From an uncultured Alphaproteobacteria bacterium (lineage in GTDB: Bacteria > Pseudomonadota > Alphaproteobacteria > RF32 > CAG-239), in NCBI GenBank assembly GCA_944393175.1, contig CALXZH010000031.1, forward strand, positions 2,117 to 66,116: a stretch of DNA of 64,000 nucleotides. Reading direction: 5' to 3'. Under the pieces are notes generated by a model, which was not told the origin of the DNA, ran no database searches, and saw only the letters and a program-made list of their open reading frames with translations. Below, one piece after another: positions 9,430 through 20,439 of the stretch. The first letter of the stretch is position 1, and the number at the start of each line of letters is the position of its first letter. Both the position numbers and the translations under genes were made by a program.

Positions 9430-9942
9430 ATGCATTTATCTCAAAAACAAACTACGCAAGATAAAAACTGGATTAAAGCGATATTTATTCTTCCATTTAA
9501 TGTGGTGGTGGTAATACCTGCTTTAATCCTGTTTTTTTCTGAACAAAAGGTTGAGCTCAAGTTTAATTTGCTCTCAGCCTTTGGGGCTTTATCTTTTGGA
9601 ATTGGTTTAGCCTTAGTGGTTTGTACGGTTATGTTATTTAAAAATTTGGGCAAAGGTTCGTTGGCTCCTTGGAATCCGCCGACTAAGTTGGTTTTGCAGG
9701 GACCTTACCTATATGTCAGAAATCCGATGATCAGCGGGGTCGGAGGAATGTTGTTGGGCGAAGTTATCCTCTTTTTAAATGATGATTTGGCCTTTTGGCT
9801 CTTAATCTTTTGTTTGGCTAATGCTTTATATATCCCGTATTCGGAAGAACCGGGCTCGTTAAAGCGGTTTGGCAAAGATTATGAACAATACTTAAAAAAT
9901 GTTCCGCGTTGGATACCTCGTTTGACGCCGTGGAAAAAATAA
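9430..9942 (+). CDS. Isoprenylcysteine carboxyl methyltransferase / PEMT family membrane protein
   Basis: LVLQGPYLYVRNPM..EEP.LKRFGKDYEQY.KNVPRWIP. Confidence 0.9.
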   Translation: MHLSQKQTTQDKNWIKAIFILPFNVVVVIPALILFFSEQKVELKFNLLSAFGALSFGIGLALVVCTVMLFKNLGKGSLAPWNPPTKLVLQGPYLYVRNPMISGVGGMLLGEVILFLNDDLAFWLLIFCLANALYIPYSEEPGSLKRFGKDYEQYLKNVPRWIPRLTPWKK

Positions 9943-9965
9943 GCCGGTAAATTTACCGGCTTTTG
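9941..9965. terminator. Bidirectional intrinsic terminator
   Basis: AAGCCGGTAAATTTACCGGCTTTTT. Confidence 0.75.
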
Positions 9966-9967
9966 AT

Positions 9968-10552
9968 TTATTTTATACATCCGATATAGTGCCAATTGTC
10001 TTTATCGTATTGGAGGTGGATGATTTCGCCGTTGTCAACCTCGTCTTTATCAATATCTAAGGCGTGCAAAGTTTCGGTTAAGGTTATGCCGTGGCCGGAG
10101 ATGGCGATGTTGTTGTATTTACTTTGAGCATATTGTTCAAGAGCTGAAAAAACACGTTGGCGAACTTGGCGCTTAGTTTCACCGTTTTCAAAGCGAATGT
10201 CTTGGTCGGAAGCATCCTTACTGCGCCATCTTTTATATGTTTCACCAAATTTTTCCATTGCTTGCGTGTAATGTAAGCCTTCGGCAACACCGACGTTTAC
10301 TTCCGTAAAGCGTTCGTCAAACTGAATGGGGGCTTGAACAACGCGGGATACAATATTGCCCGTTTGCTTGGCGCGGCGCAACGGGCTGGAAATAACGACA
10401 TCTATGTCTTTGTTTTTGAGGTGGTCGGCGGTGGCATAAGCTTGATCTATGCCTTTATCGGTAAGAACGGAGTTGTTTGTGTGTCCTTGTATCTTGCCTT
10501 CAAGATTGTAGGAGCTTTGACCATGTCGGAAAATATAAAAATTTTTTACCAT
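9968..10552 (-). CDS. Histidine phosphatase (phosphoglycerate mutase-like) family protein
   Basis: FRHGQS, SSPLRRAKQT, SGHG motifs; SD AGGAGG. Confidence 0.9.
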   Translation of the reverse strand: MVKNFYIFRHGQSSYNLEGKIQGHTNNSVLTDKGIDQAYATADHLKNKDIDVVISSPLRRAKQTGNIVSRVVQAPIQFDERFTEVNVGVAEGLHYTQAMEKFGETYKRWRSKDASDQDIRFENGETKRQVRQRVFSALEQYAQSKYNNIAISGHGITLTETLHALDIDKDEVDNGEIIHLQYDKDNWHYIGCIK

Positions 10553-10628
10553 GCAAAACCTCCTTTGGATAGGGTGGGGAGATGAGCTTATGGTACCTGA
10601 TTTTTTTATTTTTTACAAGTAGATTTTC

Positions 10629-11813
10629 TTAATATAATTTTAATTTCTTGGCTAAGTACGGTAAAGACTTTCCTTGTACCAATACCGATAAAATGACTAA
10701 GAAAAATATGATGTTAAACAGATAGCTCGAATCGGGATAATTGTACATTAGAGGGTAGGTGGCTAAAATAATCGGTACAGCCCCTTTGAAACCGGCCCAA
10801 CTGATGAAAATTTTGTCGGCCGTGGTGTAGGTGCTTTTATAGAGGCAGGCAAATACGGCCAGCGGGCGCGCTACAAAAATTAAAAAGATGGCGCAAAGTA
10901 AGCTAATCGGAAATACAGCCGGAAGTTCATGCGGGTTGACCAATAGGCCCAAAAGTAAAAACATGCCGATTTGCATTATCCAGGCCAGAGAATCTTGAAA
11001 GTTGATAAAGTGGCGACGATATAAAAATACCGTATTCCCCATTATTATTCCGGCAATGTAAACTGCTAAGAAGCCATTGCCGTCTAAAAGTTGGGTGAGG
11101 CTATAGGTGAGTAATACGACGCTAATTCCAAAAACAGGATAAAGACCGGGGTAAACCAAATTCCAACGTCGTAAAACATAGCATGATAATTGTCCAAATA
11201 CATAACCTGCAGCTAAACCTAAGCTCATTTGCCATAAAAAATCTTCTATCAGTGACAACATACTGAAATCTGGATCGGAAAGCGAATTTAGTGCGCCTAA
11301 GGAGAGCAAAACCGCCATAGGGTCGTTGCTGCCGGATTCAAACTCAAGCAATGGTTTGATGCCTGATTTGAGCTCTTGTTTTTGACTGCGAAGTATTGAA
11401 AATACTGCCGGAGCATCGGTTGAGGAGACAATAACGCTTAAAAGCAGAGAAACTTCGTATGAAAGCCTTAGAATATATCTGGTGCAGATAAATAAAAACA
11501 AGGCCGTTAAAAATACGCCCAAGGTGGATAACAGGCTGCCGCGTTTTAAGGTTGGTTTCACTTCAGTCCATTTCGTGTCCAGGCCGCCCGAAAACAAAAT
11601 AAAAGCAAGTGCAAAAGTTCCGGCATAGTTTGCTAGGTGGGCATTGTTAAACTGAATGCCTAAACCATCGCTGCCGGCCAGCATGCCTAAACCTAAAAAG
11701 AATAATAAACTCGGTATGCCGTAGCGAATGGAAATGCGATTGGCGTAAACGCATATTAAAAGTAAACTTCCAGATACAGCCATTACTAAGTTAAGATTCA
11801 TTCGTGTCTCCAT
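10629..11813 (-). CDS. K+/H+ antiporter (CvrA/NhaP2 family), membrane domain only
   Basis: ILFSGGLDT, SSTDAPAVFSILR, LEFESGSNDPMA, SWAGFKGAVPI motifs; stops before the usual C-terminal TrkA-C domain. Confidence 0.88.
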   Translation of the reverse strand: METRMNLNLVMAVSGSLLLICVYANRISIRYGIPSLLFFLGLGMLAGSDGLGIQFNNAHLANYAGTFALAFILFSGGLDTKWTEVKPTLKRGSLLSTLGVFLTALFLFICTRYILRLSYEVSLLLSVIVSSTDAPAVFSILRSQKQELKSGIKPLLEFESGSNDPMAVLLSLGALNSLSDPDFSMLSLIEDFLWQMSLGLAAGYVFGQLSCYVLRRWNLVYPGLYPVFGISVVLLTYSLTQLLDGNGFLAVYIAGIIMGNTVFLYRRHFINFQDSLAWIMQIGMFLLLGLLVNPHELPAVFPISLLCAIFLIFVARPLAVFACLYKSTYTTADKIFISWAGFKGAVPIILATYPLMYNYPDSSYLFNIIFFLVILSVLVQGKSLPYLAKKLKLY

Positions 11814-11877
11814 ATTTATCCAACAAATAGGATAAACTTATAAAGTTAATATTTCATAACCTTTTGGTGAGAAATCG

Positions 11878-13125
11878 TTATTTTACTTTGGCAATTTCGG
11901 CCCAACGCGTGGTATAACAAGGTGAGCGAAATTCATGTCTGATAAAAGAGGTTTGTTTGGGGGTTTGCAGGCCAAAATAGACTGTGCGTTTGCCTAATTT
12001 TTCGTTGAGGTTATCAAAGGCTTGCATAAGGGCTTTTTCTTTTTTGTTTTGGGAGGAAGTTTGAAAAAGGTCGGTTTGAGGGCTGTCTTCGGCACAAATA
12101 TCCGTTAAAATAATTCCGGCACGTTTATAGCGAAATTTGGCATTAAAAATTTGTTTTAAGCCTTTATCCATGGCGCTTAAAAATTTGGCGGTATTGTTTG
12201 AAGGGGCATTGAGGCTGATGAGCTGAGAATTGTCATATTGCGGTTCGTTGCGAAAACGATTGGTGGCAATAAAAGTGATGATTCCGCTGGCAAGAGCTTT
12301 TTGTTCGCGCAGGCGGCGGCAACCCGAATCCACAAATTCGGCAATAATGGTGCGGATTTGCTCATAAGATGTCAGTTCGCTTTCAAAACTACGTGAGCAC
12401 AAAATGGATTTGGAGTGCTCAAGCTCATCCATTTGCAGGCAAGGTATGCCGTTTAATTCTTGAACCGCACGCTCTAAGGAAATACCAAATTTGGAACGAA
12501 GCATGGAAAGCGGGGCTTTGACCAAATCTTCGGCCGTGAAGATACCCATGAAATTTAATTTTTTGTTGAGATTGCGGCCGATTCCCCAAATTTTTTCAAC
12601 ATCTAAATTTTTAAGATATGGACGGGCGGTTTCTTTATCGGGCAAGGTAAAAATTTTGCCTGAACTTTGTTTTTTGGCAATGCTGCCGGCTAATTTGCAT
12701 AGGGTTTTGCTTGGGGCAATGCCAATTGATACCGAAATGCCGATTTGGTGTAAAATATCTTGGCGCAGAGAGTGGGCTATGGCTAAATAGTCTTCACTGT
12801 CGGCTATATGGGCAAAAGCTTCATCAATGGAGTAAATTTCAATTTTGGGAAAGTAGCTGCGAATTAAATTCATTACGCGTGAGGACATACTGCTGTAGAG
12901 CTCGTGATTGCAGGAGAGCCAAGCGCCGTTATGTTTTTGCAGAAAAGTTTTAACCTGAAAAAAAGGCACACCCATCGGAATATTTAAATCTTTGGCCTCA
13001 TAAGAGCGGGCAATGACACAGCCATCGTTGTTGGAAAGAACGACTACCGGCCGGTTTTTAAGGTCAGGTCGGAAAACTCTTTCACAAGAAACGAAAAAAT
13101 TATCACAATCAACCAACATATACAT
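11878..13125 (-). CDS. umuC: Y-family DNA polymerase, UmuC type
   Basis: LVDCDNFFVSCE, VVLSNNDGCVIARS, YSIDEAF, C-terminal SPCYTTRW; TAATG overlap with umuD. Confidence 0.92.
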   Translation of the reverse strand: MYMLVDCDNFFVSCERVFRPDLKNRPVVVLSNNDGCVIARSYEAKDLNIPMGVPFFQVKTFLQKHNGAWLSCNHELYSSMSSRVMNLIRSYFPKIEIYSIDEAFAHIADSEDYLAIAHSLRQDILHQIGISVSIGIAPSKTLCKLAGSIAKKQSSGKIFTLPDKETARPYLKNLDVEKIWGIGRNLNKKLNFMGIFTAEDLVKAPLSMLRSKFGISLERAVQELNGIPCLQMDELEHSKSILCSRSFESELTSYEQIRTIIAEFVDSGCRRLREQKALASGIITFIATNRFRNEPQYDNSQLISLNAPSNNTAKFLSAMDKGLKQIFNAKFRYKRAGIILTDICAEDSPQTDLFQTSSQNKKEKALMQAFDNLNEKLGKRTVYFGLQTPKQTSFIRHEFRSPCYTTRWAEIAKVK

Positions 13126-13478
13126 TACAGAAGTTTCCTGATGACAGAGGTGACAACGCCCCAAACGGCAAAAGTGTCATCAGGGCTTAATCTATACGGA
13201 GGAACGTGTGGATTATCGGTTGAAAGCAGAGGTTTGCCGTTTTGTAATAAAAAACGACGGGCAATTAGTTCGCCGTTGAGTTCGGCAATGATTAAATTGC
13301 CGTTGGCGGCGGTGAGCGCACGATCGATGGTGAGAATATCATCATGAAAAATGCCGATGTGTTCGAGTGAATTTCCATCCATGCGGAAAAAATAGGTGGA
13401 AAGCGGGTGGGGCTGTAGGTAAGCATTGAGGTCAAGGTCATGCTCTTGAAAATAGGTGGTGGCAGATGAAAACGGCAT
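13125..13478 (-). CDS. umuD: UmuD-like S24 family protein lacking the N-terminal arm (UmuD'-like)
   Basis: LDLN..L..HP.STYF.R..GNSL...GI...DIL.IDR..WGVVTSVIR; directly upstream of umuC. Confidence 0.85.
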   Translation of the reverse strand: MPFSSATTYFQEHDLDLNAYLQPHPLSTYFFRMDGNSLEHIGIFHDDILTIDRALTAANGNLIIAELNGELIARRFLLQNGKPLLSTDNPHVPPYRLSPDDTFAVWGVVTSVIRKLL

Positions 13479-13494
13479 TTTTATATCTCGTAAT

Positions 13495-13509
13495 GTTCTT
13501 GTTTTGTTC
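13495..13509 (-). promoter_or_regulatory. Alphaproteobacterial LexA (SOS) box GTTC-N7-GTTC
   Basis: GTTCTTGTTTTGTTC lies 16 bp upstream of the umuD start, just downstream of a TTGAAA/TATTAT promoter on the minus strand. Confidence 0.85.
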
Positions 13510-13607
13510 TTATAATACTCTTTAGAAAAAATATTTCAATAAAATTTATTCGCAATTTGTAAAATATGTTTTATATTAGTACAAATTGTTTAACAAGGAG
13601 ACAGATT

Positions 13608-14588
13608 ATGGAAAAAATTATTCCGAATAAATTGGTGAAAGGCGATGAAATCAGGGTGATTGCACCAGCCAGAGGAATTAAAATTATTGGCAAGGATTCT
13701 CGCCAGATTGCACAAGAGCGTTTGGAATCTTGGGGGCTGAAGGTAAGTTTCGGACGGCATACAACCGATGATAATTGGGATATGCTCGGTTCTTCGTCTA
13801 TTCAAGACAGAGTTGAGGATATTCATGAGGCTTTCCAAGATAACAACGTTAAGGCGATTTTTACCATAATCGGTGGGGCAAATTCTAATCAGTTGTTGCC
13901 TTATTTGGATTATGATTTGATAAAGAAGAATCCTAAAGTTTTTTGCGGCTTTTCCGATATTACCGCTTTGTTAAATGCCATTTATGCCAAAACCGGTTTG
14001 GTGACTTTTTCGGGACCGCATTTTAGCTCACTCGGTATGCTGAAAGGTGCTGACTATACTTTAGAAAACTTAAAAATTATGCTGATGGGTGATAGAGTTA
14101 ATAATGTTAAGCCTTCGAAAGAGTGGAGTGATGATTTGTGGTTTATTAATCAACAAGACCGCAATTTTATTTCAAACGAAGGCTATTGGACAATTCATCA
14201 AGGAGAAGCGCAAGGTACACTTATCGGCGGAAACTTGGGAACATTTAATCTTTTGCTGGGTACGGCTTATCGTCCGGCGTTTGAGAAAGACACAATCTTG
14301 TTTATTGAAGATACCGAAGGAGCTGATATTTTAGATTTTGAGCGCAATTTCCAAGCTCTGATTTATCAACCGGATTTTCAAAATGTGAAAGGTGTTCTTA
14401 TCGGGCGGTTCCAGAAAGGTTCAAAAGTTTCACGCGAGCAGTTGGAATATATCATCTCGACCAAGCAAGCTCTGCGTAATCTTCCGATTATTGCCAATGT
14501 CGATTTTGGGCATTCGACTCCGTTGCTGACTTTGCCGGTGGGTGGAACAGCTCATATTAAAAATGGTGAAATTCAGTTGAAATTGTAA
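13608..14588 (+). CDS. S66 peptidase (LD-carboxypeptidase / MccF-like)
   Basis: IRVIAPARG, CGFSDITALLNAIYAKTGLVTFSGP, GGNL, LFIED, DFGHSTP; SD AAGGAG. Confidence 0.92.
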   Translation: MEKIIPNKLVKGDEIRVIAPARGIKIIGKDSRQIAQERLESWGLKVSFGRHTTDDNWDMLGSSSIQDRVEDIHEAFQDNNVKAIFTIIGGANSNQLLPYLDYDLIKKNPKVFCGFSDITALLNAIYAKTGLVTFSGPHFSSLGMLKGADYTLENLKIMLMGDRVNNVKPSKEWSDDLWFINQQDRNFISNEGYWTIHQGEAQGTLIGGNLGTFNLLLGTAYRPAFEKDTILFIEDTEGADILDFERNFQALIYQPDFQNVKGVLIGRFQKGSKVSREQLEYIISTKQALRNLPIIANVDFGHSTPLLTLPVGGTAHIKNGEIQLKL

Positions 14589-14595
14589 TACGACA

Positions 14596-14638
14596 AATCC
14601 CCTGACAAGGTTTGTGATTTTGTCAGGGGATTTTTTTA
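14596..14638. terminator. Bidirectional intrinsic terminator
   Basis: AAATCCCCTGACAA...TTGTCAGGGGATTTTTTT. Confidence 0.75.
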
Positions 14639-14646
14639 TACTTTTT

Positions 14647-14835
14647 TTAGGCCTTTTCTTCTTTGTGCCATGGGCGGATTTTCCAAGCGCCGATGCCATA
14701 GAGAACTGCGGCTAAAAAAGAAATAATGATAAAAGCCCATTTCCAGATTTGGAAATCGCTTTCAATCAGGGCAATGCCGGCAACAATAAAGCCAATTGCC
14801 AGACAGCAACTTAATAGAAAAACTGTTGTTTTCAT
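14647..14835 (-). CDS. Small two-TM membrane protein
   Basis: 62 aa with two hydrophobic helices, ends at a terminator. Confidence 0.6.
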   Translation of the reverse strand: MKTTVFLLSCCLAIGFIVAGIALIESDFQIWKWAFIIISFLAAVLYGIGAWKIRPWHKEEKA

Positions 14836-14921
14836 AAGTGTGTTTTTTTAGGGTTAATAATATAGATAATTTTTAGACTTCTTTAGACAGAAAAACACAA
14901 ATTTAAGAAAAATGCAAGTGC

Positions 14922-15254
14922 TTAATTATAATTTTGGTAAATGTTCAAAAATTGGTGTTTGTCTGCCTCCGTCTGACTATATATAAATTTATCATCGCTG
15001 TCGCGTTGCAATAAATCATCATATAAGGCTTGATTGTCAGGAGCTGTTCCGTGTTGCGAGATATAGTCCAAATCTTCTAAATAGTCGTCATAGGCTTGTT
15101 GAAAGAGGGGCTTGTGTAATTTTTCATAAGCTTGTTGCAAAATTTCGGCATCTACTTGACCGGCACTGAGATATTGTTCTTCAATATCCTTGGTTTGACC
15201 ATATACCGGAAAACTTGTCAAAATTAATAGTAAAAATACGATGTATCTTGTCAT
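14922..15254 (-). CDS. Secreted hypothetical protein
   Basis: N-terminal signal peptide; GAAAGGG upstream. Confidence 0.65.
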   Translation of the reverse strand: MTRYIVFLLLILTSFPVYGQTKDIEEQYLSAGQVDAEILQQAYEKLHKPLFQQAYDDYLEDLDYISQHGTAPDNQALYDDLLQRDSDDKFIYSQTEADKHQFLNIYQNYN

Positions 15255-15336
15255 TTATGCCCTTTCTTTTTTGCTATCATAGTAAATGTTTTTTAAGAAA
15301 TGGATAATAAATTTTAAATACTGTTTAGAGGTAAGT

Positions 15337-16086
15337 ATGAGAAAATTTTGTTTTAGTGTTTCTTTGTTGTGTCTGTTACAGGCTACATCTGCTTATGCTT
15401 GGAGTTATGGTGAGTTCATTTCTTGTGACGCAATCAATCCTATGCCTAAAATTACTTTTACGACTTCTTATGGTAAATTAGTACACGATTTGTCTCAGCC
15501 TCTATCCGTGATTAATTCTCAACATTTGGCTCAAGCTGAACCAGGTTGGTTGACGGTTGGTTATGCAACAAGGAGTTTGCAGTACTCAATTTGGGTTAAA
15601 AATGCAACCGTTAAAAAAATTGATGATAATACTACCTGTGTGATGGCTAATGATATTGAAGTGTTTTTAGGTTACCAACAACCGATGATTTATGTGGCTA
15701 AAGAAGCTCAGGAAGATTTGTGTAAATTCTCAGTCGTTATTCGACATGAACAAGTACACCAACGAATTAATAAATTGGCTTTGGATTATTTTTTGCCTTT
15801 GGCTGATGAGGCTATTCGTAAAGCGATTGCCGATGTGAGAGCGGTGAAAGTATCATCTCCTCAAGAGGGGCAGGAGGCTATGATTGTATTGTCTAAATAT
15901 TATCGGGCGAGGTTAATGCCTATTTTGGAAGAAATGGTTAAAGCCGTTGATGCTGAACACGCAAAACTTGATTCTTTGACAAGTTATAAAATGCAATGGA
16001 ATATGTGTGATAAGTTTAGGGAACGTCAACGCCGAGAAGAATTATTAAAAGAGTTGGAAGATAAAATTAAAAATTCAGATTATTAA
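15337..16086 (+). CDS. Secreted protein with HExxH motif (putative Zn metallopeptidase, DUF922-like)
   Basis: Signal peptide ending SAYA; RHEQVH. Confidence 0.65.
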   Translation: MRKFCFSVSLLCLLQATSAYAWSYGEFISCDAINPMPKITFTTSYGKLVHDLSQPLSVINSQHLAQAEPGWLTVGYATRSLQYSIWVKNATVKKIDDNTTCVMANDIEVFLGYQQPMIYVAKEAQEDLCKFSVVIRHEQVHQRINKLALDYFLPLADEAIRKAIADVRAVKVSSPQEGQEAMIVLSKYYRARLMPILEEMVKAVDAEHAKLDSLTSYKMQWNMCDKFRERQRREELLKELEDKIKNSDY

Positions 16087-16137
16087 TTTTATTTTCTAAA
16101 TTAAAAAGCCCTTCCGAAGAAGGGCTTTTGTTTGGTT

Positions 16138-19100
16138 TTAGGCTTTTTCTTGTGTTTTGTCTTTACCTTTACTCCATTCATACGTCTTTTCACGCATGGT
16201 TTGGAACAAAATGTAGAGCAAAGGAATAACAATCAAGCCGGCGGCCGTTCCTACCAGCATTCCGTAAAATACCGGAACACCGATGGCAATACGGCTGGCC
16301 GCACCAGCACCCGTTGCAACAATCATCGGCCATACACCTAAAATGAAGGTGAAGGCTGTCATGAGTACGGCACGGAAACGCTCTTTGGTACCAACAATTG
16401 CAGATTTAACAATCGAAGCGCCTCTTTCGTGTTCTTCTTTTGAAAATTCAACAATCAAAATCGCGTTCTTACTGGCAAGTCCAACCAGCAAAATCAAACC
16501 TAATTGAGCATAAATACTCAATGGTAGACTGGTGACAAATAAGCCGGCCATTGCTCCCAGCATTGCTACCGTGACAGAGGTTAATACCGGTAACGGGGTT
16601 GACCAACTTTCATATTGGGCAACCAAGAACAAATAACCAAAAGTGATGGCCAAAGCGATAATATAGCCGATTTGTCCTTGAGTTTGCTTTTCTTGATAGC
16701 TCATGCCTGACCACTCATAGCTGAAGCCTTTAGGCAGTTGCAAGTTTTCAACCGCGGTCATGGCTTGTCCGGTACTTACAGCTGGAGATTGGATGGCGTT
16801 GATTGAGGCTGCCGGATATTGGTTGTAGCGTTCAACCGTACGAGGTCCTAAAATCTTCTTGATGCTTAAGACGCTGCCCAGCGGTACCATCTTGCCTTCT
16901 TTGTTCTCAACATATAAGTCATTAATTGAGTTAATGTCTTTACGATATGTCCAATCAGATTGGATATATACCTTATTTACTTGAGTACCAAAGTTAACGT
17001 CGTTAATGTAACTTGATCCCAAATAGTTTTGCAAAAGTGTATATATATTGCCAATCGGTACGCCCATACTTTCGGCCTTTTGCTTATCAATCGTAATAAA
17101 CAATTGCGGAGTTTTGGCCGTATAAGTCGTAAATGCATATTGCATTTCAGGCATCGAATTCATCTTTTGCAAAACCCCTTGTAAGGTTGCATCCAACAGT
17201 GAAGAATCGGTGCTGTTGAGTGATTGTAGACGATAGTCCATACCGCCGCTTGCGCCTAAGCCTTGAATTGCAGGAGGTTCAAAAAAGTTAATCTCTGCGT
17301 TCGGAATTCCAGAAACTTTGGCTTTGATGCGGTTCATAATTGCAGAAGAGTGAAGGTTAGGATCTGTTCTCTTATCCCACGGTTCCAATACAATTACGGA
17401 GAAAGCAACGTTTTCACCGCCGCCACCCAAGATGGAACGACCGACAATCGTCATAACATTGGCGACGCCTTCTTCATTTTTCAAGTCCGGATAGATTTGA
17501 CTAACCAATTTACGCGTACGTTCCATTGATGCACCTTCAGGCAATTGGATGTTGGTGAAGATAACGCCTTGGTCTTCACTCGGAATAAATGAAGTTTGGC
17601 TTATTTTGAGGAAGAAGACGTTGGCTAAAATCAGCATGCCTAAGAGGAGGGCTACAACACTGACTTTTCGTCCGATGATTCCTACTATTGAGGCATAGCG
17701 ATCGCGGGATTTGTTCAAAAATTGGTTAAACCAGAACAAAGGACCACTGGTGTAGGGTTTGAGCGGACGAAGCAGCGTTGCGCACAATGCCGGTGATAAG
17801 GTTAAGGCATTGACCGAGGAGAAAAATACCGCGGTGGAAATTGCAACGGCAAATTGTTGATAAATTCGTCCGGTGATGCCGCCTAAGAAACCAACCGGTA
17901 CGAAAATAGCCAACAATACCAAAGTAGTTGCAATAACCGCACTTGATACTTGCTCCATGGCTTTGATGGTGGCTTCTTTCGGGGTTAGGTGTTCGTTTTC
18001 CATAAGGTAGAGAACACGCTCAACCACTACAATCGCATCATCTACCACCAAACCGATGGCCAAGACCAAGCCAAACAAGGTTAACATGTTGATGCTGTAG
18101 CCCAGGGCCAACATAACGGCAAAAGTTGCAAACAATGAAACCGGAATGGTGAGTGAGGGGACGAGCGTTGCTCTCCAGTCTTGTAAAAACAGGTAGCAGA
18201 CGGCAATAACCAAGATAAAGGTTAAAATAAGTGTGAAGACTACTTCATCAATAGATGCGCTAATGTATTTGGTGGCATCGTAGGTGATGTCAACCTTAAA
18301 ATCATCAGGAAAATATTGTGACAGTCTTTGCAGCTCAGCCTTGATGCCTTTCATGGTATCCAATGCATTTGCACCAGAAAGCAAGTTAATGGCTACAGCA
18401 ACTGACGGACTGCCGTCAATGGTGGATTCTACACCATAGTCTTCAACACCGACTTCGACTCTTGCAACATCTTTTAAGTAGACAATGCCGCCTTCTTCGG
18501 CCGTACGGACAATAATGTTTTGGAAGTCTTCAACCTCATTAATACGTCCTTGGGTTTGCAGCGTATAAGTCATTTGTTGGGTGCCGTCTCCGGGCATTGA
18601 ACCAACCGAACCAAGTGAGGGTTGATAGTTTTGTCCTTCAATGGCTGAAATTACCGAACTTGCCGGCAATTTCAGAGCGGTTAATTTGTTGGTGTCCAAC
18701 CAAACACGCATGCTCAAAGGCGAGGCGTGAACTTGGACTTCACCCACACCATATACACGGCTTAAGTTGTCTTTGATGTTGTTTTGAACATAGTCACTCA
18801 AAAACATTCTATCATGGGTTTTGTTGGGCGAATAAACCGTTAAGAAGCCTAAGGTATCCGAAGAACGACGCTTTACCGTCAGACCTTGTCTTTGTACTTC
18901 TTCCGGCAATTTTGAGAGGGCTTGTTGAATACGGTTTTGGACTTTTACTTGTGCCATATCCGGATCCGTCCCTACCGCAAAGGTTACGCTTAAAGAATAA
19001 GAACCAGAGTTTTCGGAAGAAGAATCCATGTATAACATGTTTTCAACACCGTTAATCTCTTGTTCCAGCGGGATACCAATGGTCTTGGAGATAACTTCTG

Positions 19101-19263
19101 CACTCGCTCCCGGGTAGGTGGCACTAACTACTACCATAGGCGGTGTAATTTCCGGATATAAGGCAATCGGTAATGAAAATACCGAAATAAGACCTGCCAG
19201 AGTTAATACGATGGAAATCACCATCGCAAAACGAGGCCTTTCAATGAATATTCTTGAAAACAT
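16138..19263 (-). CDS. RND efflux permease (AcrB/HAE1 family)
   Basis: [44 protein letters not shown]. Confidence 0.96.
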   Translation of the reverse strand: MFSRIFIERPRFAMVISIVLTLAGLISVFSLPIALYPEITPPMVVVSATYPGASAEVISKTIGIPLEQEINGVENMLYMDSSSENSGSYSLSVTFAVGTDPDMAQVKVQNRIQQALSKLPEEVQRQGLTVKRRSSDTLGFLTVYSPNKTHDRMFLSDYVQNNIKDNLSRVYGVGEVQVHASPLSMRVWLDTNKLTALKLPASSVISAIEGQNYQPSLGSVGSMPGDGTQQMTYTLQTQGRINEVEDFQNIIVRTAEEGGIVYLKDVARVEVGVEDYGVESTIDGSPSVAVAINLLSGANALDTMKGIKAELQRLSQYFPDDFKVDITYDATKYISASIDEVVFTLILTFILVIAVCYLFLQDWRATLVPSLTIPVSLFATFAVMLALGYSINMLTLFGLVLAIGLVVDDAIVVVERVLYLMENEHLTPKEATIKAMEQVSSAVIATTLVLLAIFVPVGFLGGITGRIYQQFAVAISTAVFFSSVNALTLSPALCATLLRPLKPYTSGPLFWFNQFLNKSRDRYASIVGIIGRKVSVVALLLGMLILANVFFLKISQTSFIPSEDQGVIFTNIQLPEGASMERTRKLVSQIYPDLKNEEGVANVMTIVGRSILGGGGENVAFSVIVLEPWDKRTDPNLHSSAIMNRIKAKVSGIPNAEINFFEPPAIQGLGASGGMDYRLQSLNSTDSSLLDATLQGVLQKMNSMPEMQYAFTTYTAKTPQLFITIDKQKAESMGVPIGNIYTLLQNYLGSSYINDVNFGTQVNKVYIQSDWTYRKDINSINDLYVENKEGKMVPLGSVLSIKKILGPRTVERYNQYPAASINAIQSPAVSTGQAMTAVENLQLPKGFSYEWSGMSYQEKQTQGQIGYIIALAITFGYLFLVAQYESWSTPLPVLTSVTVAMLGAMAGLFVTSLPLSIYAQLGLILLVGLASKNAILIVEFSKEEHERGASIVKSAIVGTKERFRAVLMTAFTFILGVWPMIVATGAGAASRIAIGVPVFYGMLVGTAAGLIVIPLLYILFQTMREKTYEWSKGKDKTQEKA

Positions 19264-19265
19264 CC

Positions 19266-20438
19266 TTAGTTACCTTCCGTGTTGGTGGTGAGCAATTCGG
19301 CTTTTACTTTTTGACCGTTTTGAACTTTTTGCAGCCCTTGAATAATGACCTTATCATCATCTTTCAGGCCCGATTTTACAACTTGCATATCACCGAAAAC
19401 TTCGCCTAATTCAACACGGCGTTGTTCGGCAATGCTATCTTCCGTGACAACCATTACGTAGTTCCCGTGTTCATCTTGGGCAACGGCTGCTTGCGGAATC
19501 AAAATGGCTTCGACGCCTTTGGTGTTGCCAATCAATACTTGGACATATGCTCCCGGAACCAGCAAACTTTGTTCGTTGCCATATTCGTTATATACGGCAA
19601 TCGTAGCGGTGGTGGTATCAATCTCATTATCGGTAAAACGAGATTTTAAGTGATTGACCAAACGTTTACCGTTAGGCAAAATCAGCTCACTGCTAATCGG
19701 AGAAGTTTCGCCTCTTTCGGCGGCTAAATTCTTTTCGCGGAAATCAATTAAATCTTTATCCGTAATTGAAAAAGCTACACGAATCGGGTCGGTTTGAACA
19801 ATACGTGCCAAAGTTTGGGTCGAAGAGTTTACGTAGTTACCTTCGGTGACTAAAGCTTTACCGATATAGCCGGTGAAAGGGGCTTTGATTTCGGTGTAGT
19901 CCATATCAATTTTGGCCAATTCCAAATTTGCTTCGGCTTGTTTGACTGCGGCTTTAGCTTGGAGGTAGTTGCTCTCAGATGTATCAAGCGTGGCTTTGGA
20001 AGCATAGTTTTGGCTGCTTAAAGATTTTTGGCGTTTGTAATCTCTTTCGGTTTTTACCAGATTGGCTTGAGCACTGGCCAGTTCTGCTTCTCTCAATTCC
20101 AGATTAGCCAAATAGCGTTTTTGTTCAATAACAAAAAGAACATCGCCTTTTTGTACCAGACTGCCTTCTTGGAATAAAACTTTTTCTACATAGCCCGTAA
20201 CCTGAGGGCGTAAATCTACGGAATTAATGGCCTCAACATGCCCAATGTAATTTTTTTTGGGGGAAATGTCTCTTTTTTCAACTCCTTGTATCAAGACATA
20301 AGTGTCTCCTCTGTTCATTCCCATCATCGGAATTTGCGGCGTCATTTTGCCTTTCAGATACCATCCGACGGCGACACATAGCAGAAGTATGACCGTCTTA
20401 CGGATGATTGTGCGTTTGTTTATGGTGACAATCTGCAT
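19266..20438 (-). CDS. RND efflux periplasmic adaptor (MFP)
   Basis: [22 protein letters not shown] lipoyl motif, coiled coil, IKAPFTG. Confidence 0.95.
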   Translation of the reverse strand: MQIVTINKRTIIRKTVILLLCVAVGWYLKGKMTPQIPMMGMNRGDTYVLIQGVEKRDISPKKNYIGHVEAINSVDLRPQVTGYVEKVLFQEGSLVQKGDVLFVIEQKRYLANLELREAELASAQANLVKTERDYKRQKSLSSQNYASKATLDTSESNYLQAKAAVKQAEANLELAKIDMDYTEIKAPFTGYIGKALVTEGNYVNSSTQTLARIVQTDPIRVAFSITDKDLIDFREKNLAAERGETSPISSELILPNGKRLVNHLKSRFTDNEIDTTTATIAVYNEYGNEQSLLVPGAYVQVLIGNTKGVEAILIPQAAVAQDEHGNYVMVVTEDSIAEQRRVELGEVFGDMQVVKSGLKDDDKVIIQGLQKVQNGQKVKAELLTTNTEGN

Positions 20439-20439
20439 G

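Noticed and set aside
10629-11813. Truncated antiporter as a pseudogene
   Set aside because: The membrane domain is complete with a clean stop; loss of the regulatory tail alone does not show inactivation
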